DNA of 32,000 bases, taken from the NCBI GenBank assembly GCA_963665405.2, contig OY762261.2, positions 1,241,944 to 1,273,943 on the forward strand, given 5' to 3'. This DNA is from Dehalococcoidia bacterium. Its GTDB lineage: Bacteria; Chloroflexota; Dehalococcoidia; Lucifugimonadales; G963665405. Numbering within the stretch: position 1 is the first letter of the stretch; each line of letters opens with the position of its first letter. A program made the position numbers and the translations under genes. Below, piece by piece: positions 27,182 through 32,000 of this stretch. A model generated the notes under the pieces. The model worked only from the letters and a program-made list of their open reading frames with translations, searched no databases and was not told the origin of the DNA.

Positions 27182-28693
27182 CTAGTACGCCGCGGTTGCT
27201 TTGAATCCCTCGATGCCCTTCTTGAGCGCTTCCTCGATCTCCTCCGGCAGGTCCCCGGTCTCTCTGATCTTGTCTTGCAGATCGCCGTGGTTGGCTCCCA
27301 TATAGTCGTGGAAGGCCTGCTCGAATGCCTGAACCTTGGGCAGTGGAACGTCGTCCAGATAGCCGTTGACGAGGGCGTACAGGATGGAGACCTGACGCTC
27401 CATCGACAGCGGGACGTTCTGCCCCTGCTTGAGAACCTCGACGGACCGCTGCCCGCGCTCGAGCTGCTGGCGGGTTGCCGCGTCGAGGTCGGCGGTGCCG
27501 AACTGGGCGAACGTGGCCAGCTCCCTGTACTGAGCGAGCTCGAGGCGCAGCCTGCCGGCGACGCGCCGCATGGCCCGCGTCTGGGCGGAGCCTCCGACTC
27601 GCGACACCGAGAGGCCGGCGTTGACGGCCGGCCTGATGCCGGAGTTGAACAGCTCCGGCTCGACGTAGATTTGCCCGTCGGTGATCGATATGACGTTCGT
27701 GGGAACGTAGGCCGACACGTCGCCTGCGAGGGTCTCGATGACCGGCAGGGCGGTCAGCGAGCCGCCTCCATGTGCGTCGTCCAGCTTGGCCGCCCTCTCA
27801 AGTAGTCTGCTGTGCAGATAGAACAGGTCGCCCGGATACGCCTCGCGTCCCGGTGGCCTGCGCAACAGGAGCGACATCTGCCGGTAGGCCCACGCGTGCT
27901 TGGACAGGTCGTCGTAGATGATCAGCGCGTCCTTGCCCTGGTTCATGAAGTACTCGCCCATGGCGCAGCCGGCGTATGGAGCCAGGTACTGCATCGGCGC
28001 GGGGTCGGCAGCGTTGGCGGAAACCACGATGGTGTGTTCGAGGGCTCCGTACTGCTCTAGAAGGCCGACCACCTGTGCGACCCTGCCAATCTTCTGGCCG
28101 ATCGCCACGTAGATGCAGACCAGGTCTCCGCCCTTCTGGTTGATGATCGTGTCTGTCGCCAGGGTCGTCTTGCCCGTGGACCGGTCCCCGATGATCAGCT
28201 CGCGCTGGCCTCGACCGATGGGGATCATGCTGTCGATGGCCTTGATCCCGGTCTGGACGGGGGTGTTCACCGATTGCCTGGAGGCGACGTCGGGCGCGAC
28301 GATCTCGATGGGGAGCGACTGCTCGGACGCCACGGGACCCTTCCCGTCGATCGGCCTCCCGAGGGCGTCGACTACCCGGCCGATCAGCTGCTCGCCGACG
28401 GGCACCTCGACGATCCTGCCCGTGCTCCGGACCTCCACACCTTCCTTGATGCTCAGCGGATCGCCCAGGATCACCGTGCCGACGCTGTCCTCCTCGAGGT
28501 TCAGGGCCATGCCCAGGATTCCTTCGGGGAACTCCAGCAGCTCGCTGTAGCTCACGCCCGACAGGCCGTGAACGCGGGCGATACCGTCTCCGACCTCTAC
28601 CACGACCCCGACGTCGACCAGCGTCAGATCGCGGCCGAACTCCTGGATCTGGCGCTTGATTACCGAGGCGATGTCCTGTCCTCTGACTGTCAT
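27182..28693 (-). CDS. atpA: F-type ATP synthase alpha subunit
   Basis: Walker A GDRSTGKT, plus YDDLSKHA and PGREAYPGD motifs. Confidence 0.95.
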   Translation of the reverse strand: MTVRGQDIASVIKRQIQEFGRDLTLVDVGVVVEVGDGIARVHGLSGVSYSELLEFPEGILGMALNLEEDSVGTVILGDPLSIKEGVEVRSTGRIVEVPVGEQLIGRVVDALGRPIDGKGPVASEQSLPIEIVAPDVASRQSVNTPVQTGIKAIDSMIPIGRGQRELIIGDRSTGKTTLATDTIINQKGGDLVCIYVAIGQKIGRVAQVVGLLEQYGALEHTIVVSANAADPAPMQYLAPYAGCAMGEYFMNQGKDALIIYDDLSKHAWAYRQMSLLLRRPPGREAYPGDLFYLHSRLLERAAKLDDAHGGGSLTALPVIETLAGDVSAYVPTNVISITDGQIYVEPELFNSGIRPAVNAGLSVSRVGGSAQTRAMRRVAGRLRLELAQYRELATFAQFGTADLDAATRQQLERGQRSVEVLKQGQNVPLSMERQVSILYALVNGYLDDVPLPKVQAFEQAFHDYMGANHGDLQDKIRETGDLPEEIEEALKKGIEGFKATAAY

Positions 28694-28760
28694 TCCGCTC
28701 TCCGCTAATCTGGAAGGGGGTTGCTCCCCTATATTCCGAAGTTTCGGCGTGGCGCCGGTT

Positions 28761-29306
28761 CTACGCCCGGCGTCCGACGAGACTCCGCCGCATATCCTCG
28801 AGTCTGGTCCTGGTACTGCCGTCGATTACCCTATCGCCGACCCGGGCGACGATCCCGCCGACGATCTCGGGGTCCACGCGGTCCGTCAGCCTTATCTCCA
28901 TGCCGACCATCGCCTCGAGGAGATCGGCTATCCTTCTCTGTTGAGCGTCGTCTAGAGGGACCGCAGAAACGACCTCGGCCTGCTCGACCCCCCTGTGGGC
29001 ATCGACGAATCTACGGTACTGCTCGAGCACGCCTGGTAGCAGGTGTGTCGAGCCCCTGGTGGCCAGCAGCGACACGAGGTTTCGAGCGAGCGGGCTGATT
29101 CTATCGGTGAAGGTCCGGCCGATCACATCCAGTTTCTGGCTCGTCGGCACCTGGGGGGCGTCGAGAAGGTCCGACAGCTCCGTGCTCTCGAAGGCCTCGG
29201 CGATAAGGGCCAGGTCATTCGACCAGCCGTCGAGGTCGTCCGCTTCCGAGGCGATCTGGAAGACCGCCTGGGCGTAGCGTCTGGCTGAGGGCGCTCGTGG
29301 CATCAA
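28761..29306 (-). CDS. atpH: F-type ATP synthase delta (OSCP) subunit
   Basis: ARRYAQAVF at the N-terminus, C-terminal GG...VGD.VIDGS, and its position between atpF and atpA. The start is TTG 29306 or ATG 29303. Confidence 0.85.
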   Translation of the reverse strand: MMPRAPSARRYAQAVFQIASEADDLDGWSNDLALIAEAFESTELSDLLDAPQVPTSQKLDVIGRTFTDRISPLARNLVSLLATRGSTHLLPGVLEQYRRFVDAHRGVEQAEVVSAVPLDDAQQRRIADLLEAMVGMEIRLTDRVDPEIVGGIVARVGDRVIDGSTRTRLEDMRRSLVGRRA

Positions 29307-29351
29307 TCAGTCCTGTTCCGGTGCTCGCGTAGCCGTGATGGCAGCGGTAAC

Positions 29352-29852
29352 TTATTGCCCGCCGATCCGGGAACCTTCCTCCAGGACCTTCTCGATCAGG
29401 TCCCGGTGGGCCGACTCGTCGAGCGACCGCTCGACGACCTGCTCGGCCGCCGAGATCGCGAGGCCCGAGAACTCTCGGCGCAGCTCCTCGATGGCCGCCT
29501 CCCGCTCTCGCTGGATGCTGGCTTCGGCCCGAGCCCGCTCAGCCTGGATCTCCTCGCGGGCCTTACCGAGCTCCTGCTCGCGGAAGCGTTCGGCCGCCTC
29601 TCTTGCCTGCGCTATCAGCGCCTGGCCCTCGCCGCGCGCCTCCTCGATCTGCTTCTGCATTTCGGCCTGCGACTGGGCCGCCTCTTCTCTCACCCGCTCG
29701 GCCGTCTCCAGGCTCTCCTTGATGCGGGTGGAGCGCGAGTCGAGCATGCGCAAAAGAGGCTTGTAGAGGAGGGCGTACAGAACCGCAAAAAGCAGCAGGA
29801 AGCTGACTATCTGAGTTATGAGCCCGGCCAGGTTTATTCCCAGGGCCCCCAT
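29352..29852 (-). CDS. atpF: F-type ATP synthase F0 subunit b
   Basis: A single N-terminal TM helix (LITQIVSFLLLFAVLYALLYKPL) followed by a long charged coiled coil. An SD (aaggaga) is present. Confidence 0.88.
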   Translation of the reverse strand: MGALGINLAGLITQIVSFLLLFAVLYALLYKPLLRMLDSRSTRIKESLETAERVREEAAQSQAEMQKQIEEARGEGQALIAQAREAAERFREQELGKAREEIQAERARAEASIQREREAAIEELRREFSGLAISAAEQVVERSLDESAHRDLIEKVLEEGSRIGGQ

Positions 29853-29886
29853 GGCTTCTCCTTGGGCGTCGGCTAGCGCCGCCGGG

Positions 29887-30270
<384 letters not shown>

Positions 30271-30285
30271 GTCTTCATCACCCCA

Positions 30286-31362
30286 TCAGTGTTCCTCGGC
30301 GCCGTGCAGAGCAGTTGCAGTCGCCGCGAATACCAGTGTGAGCATGGCGAAGATGAACGCCTGGATCGCCCCCACGAACAGCTCCAACCCCAGGAACGGT
30401 ATGATCCCGACCAGGGGGACGAGGAAGGCCATGGCGACCAGCAGGACCTCCCCCGCGAAGATGTTGCCAAACAGCCGGAACGTGAAGCTGATGATCCGGG
30501 CGATCTCGCTGATTAACTCCAGGATGCCGACGAAGAACCAGACGGGGCCCTGCTTCACGTTGAAAAACTTGCCCAGATGGCTGAAGACCCCAAGCGTACG
30601 CAGCCCCCACCACTGAATCATCGTCATGGCGATGAGGGCGATCGCCAGGGTCATGTTCACGTCCGTGTTCGCGCTGCGCAGGAACGGCACGAGAATCCCG
30701 GCCCGTTTGCCGTTCGCCAGCTTTCCGGTCTTGATCTCCTCGGCGCTCAGCCTATCGGCCGATATCAACCCCTTCTCTGCGTCGACCGAGCCGAAGCCCT
30801 GGATGGCCAGAGCCCCGTCACCGTCGAAGATGTGGAGCGTGATCGTCGAGAGGTCCACGTGCTCGTCGTCGCTCTCGGCATGGTGGATCACCTCTTCGGG
30901 AGTCTCAACCCTGCCAATGGTCCCGTAGCCGGGCAGTATGCCGAGCCAGTTGGCCGTGACGATGAAGATGAAGATGGTCATCACGAGGGGCAGGAACCGG
31001 CGGGCCTGTTTGGGGCCCGCCACGCTTTCCGCCAGGTTGATGAAGAACTCGATGAAGGCCTCGAAGAAGTTCTGGAGGCCGGTAGGAACTTCCTTGATCC
31101 GCCGCGTAGCGAAAAACGAGAGGACGGCCAGGACCAGGATGGTCAGCCACGTCGCCAGCATCGTGTTGGTGATCGACCAGCCGAGGAACAGCTCGTTAGG
31201 GGTTACATCCTCGGCGGCGAGCTGGAGGGCGGCTATGGGCGAACCGAGGAATCCACCGCCGAACTCGTTGCCCAGCGCCCCGCCGGCGAGACCGACGATG
31301 AAGGCGGCTCCGAGGGCCAGGAGCGCGATGAGGAGTTTGGGCTTCCGGAGGAGAGCCGACAC
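30286..31362 (-). CDS. atpB: F-type ATP synthase F0 subunit a (long form, about 70-aa loop insertion)
   Basis: RLFGNIFAGE (essential Arg), SANTDVNMTLA, and QAFIFAMLT. The GTG start shares one base with the atpZ TAG. Confidence 0.92.
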   Translation of the reverse strand: MSALLRKPKLLIALLALGAAFIVGLAGGALGNEFGGGFLGSPIAALQLAAEDVTPNELFLGWSITNTMLATWLTILVLAVLSFFATRRIKEVPTGLQNFFEAFIEFFINLAESVAGPKQARRFLPLVMTIFIFIVTANWLGILPGYGTIGRVETPEEVIHHAESDDEHVDLSTITLHIFDGDGALAIQGFGSVDAEKGLISADRLSAEEIKTGKLANGKRAGILVPFLRSANTDVNMTLAIALIAMTMIQWWGLRTLGVFSHLGKFFNVKQGPVWFFVGILELISEIARIISFTFRLFGNIFAGEVLLVAMAFLVPLVGIIPFLGLELFVGAIQAFIFAMLTLVFAATATALHGAEEH

Positions 31363-31601
31363 TATCGGCTTTCCTCGTCAGTCCGATCTGCGGAACTCGC
31401 CAGTACGGCCATAAGCATCCTGTACATTCCGATGATCGCCAGAGCGACACCCAGCAGAGTGCCAACCAGAGTAAAGACCGGGCTGCTCTCGAGCCAGCTG
31501 TCCAGCCAGAAACCACCAATCGCACCCGCTGAGATGCAGATGGCGACGTACCATCCGACGCCCAGCAACCGGAGCACGATGGCGGTTCTGCTCGAGTTCA
31601 T
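31362..31601 (-). CDS. AtpZ/AtpI-like small membrane protein preceding atpB
   Basis: A two-TM hydrophobic 79-aa protein (MNSSRTAIVLRLLGVGWYVAICISAGAIGGFWLD...FTLVGTLLGVALAIIGMY) directly upstream of atpB. I prefer ATG 31601 because the longer ORF-track form would cover the predicted promoter. Confidence 0.65.
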   Translation of the reverse strand: MNSSRTAIVLRLLGVGWYVAICISAGAIGGFWLDSWLESSPVFTLVGTLLGVALAIIGMYRMLMAVLASSADRTDEESR

Positions 31602-31620
31602 GGGGAGCCCGCCGTAGCGG

Positions 31621-31638
31621 TTGTGTAGTATATCACAA
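31621..31638. promoter_or_regulatory. Candidate Rex operator upstream of the atp operon
   Basis: TTGTGTAGTATATCACAA versus the consensus TTGTGAA-N4-TTCACAA: 12/14 half-site positions match and the TTGTG-N8-CACAA core is perfect. It is an AT-rich island in GC-rich DNA and overlaps the -10 element. Confidence 0.55.
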
Positions 31639-31655
31639 TCGAAAAACAGGGCCAA
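31627..31655 (-). promoter_or_regulatory. Candidate sigma-70-type promoter of the atp operon
   Basis: The minus strand reads TTGGCC-17 nt-TATACT, with TGa immediately upstream of the -10 (extended -10). The -10 lies about 25 nt upstream of ATG 31601. Confidence 0.5.
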
Positions 31656-31696
31656 CTTCCGCCGGCTCCGGATCGCCGGGTGAGACGGCAGCCTGC

Positions 31697-31733
31697 CCAA
31701 AACAAAAGGAACCCCGCTCTGTTCGGGCGGGGT
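31697..31733 (-). terminator. Rho-independent terminator of the upstream gene
   Basis: The minus strand reads ACCCCGC-ccgaacaga-GCGGGGT followed by tccttttgtttt. It lies 36 nt after the stop at 31769. Confidence 0.7.
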
Positions 31734-31768
31734 CCTCTGGTTAGCTGAGCTGTTTCGACGTCGAGCGG

Positions 31769-32000
31769 CTAAGGGCTCTCCGAGGGTGGGCTGGTGGGGT
31801 TCCCCAGGTCCTCCAGGTTGAGCGTCTCGACGAAGTCGGTGAAAGCAGACAGGCTCCGGAGCTCCTCTTCTCTGAGAGGCCGGGCATCGGTGCCGTCTCC
31901 GTTGGCGAGGATCGGCTTGCCGGTCTCTTCGTCCATTTCCACGCCGGCCTTCTGGATGACGGCGTCGTCGGCAAATATTGGCGCCCGAGTCCGCACGGCG
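31769..32000 (-). CDS. Hypothetical protein, C-terminal fragment (5' end outside window)
   Basis: The frame is open to the window edge, has high GC3 compared with the overlapping 31741..31974 frame, ends in an acidic tail (...FVETLNLEDLGNPTSPPSESP), and is followed by a terminator. I do not recognise a family. Confidence 0.45.
   Translation of the reverse strand, partial: AVRTRAPIFADDAVIQKAGVEMDEETGKPILANGDGTDARPLREEELRSLSAFTDFVETLNLEDLGNPTSPPSESP

Noticed and set aside
31601-31700. The long 112-aa form of the atpZ-like ORF starting at 31700.
   Set aside because: The extra N-terminal 33 aa are non-hydrophobic. They would also overlap the predicted promoter and Rex box and abut the upstream terminator. 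The shorter ATG 31601 form matches the size of AtpZ/AtpI-like proteins.

Overview
High-GC chromosomal window (roughly mid-60s % by eye; a Chloroflexota-like origin is only a guess). It is densely packed with housekeeping genes. In order: holA 3' end, an orphan Opp/Dpp-type ABC ATPase, a PHP phosphoesterase, an aldo/keto reductase, comB-like, an SMP-30 lactonase, ispH, an aminotransferase, a SIS-domain gene interrupted by one in-frame TAG, nadE, two tandem F420/LLM oxidoreductase paralogs, gcvT-gcvH-gcvPA-gcvPB, a peroxiredoxin with an in-frame TGA at the catalytic Cys position (candidate selenoprotein), trmI, a MidA-type methyltransferase, a small zinc-ribbon ORF, citrate synthase, rex, and a complete minus-strand F-type ATP synthase operon (atpZ-B-E-F-H-A-G-D...C). 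The most unusual feature is a lower-GC two-gene cassette inserted precisely between atpD and atpC. It encodes a ComF-like phosphoribosyltransferase and a stand-alone DprA/SLOG Rossmann protein, translationally coupled. I read it as a candidate helicase-less nucleotide-centred conflict/defence or ssDNA-handling module. A family of composite multi-hairpin repeats occurs in at least seven copies, all in the same orientation, including three in the atpA-atpG spacer. A near-consensus Rex operator overlaps the predicted atp promoter. I found no tRNA, rRNA, CRISPR, transposase or integrase. All family calls rest on motif recognition; no searches were run.
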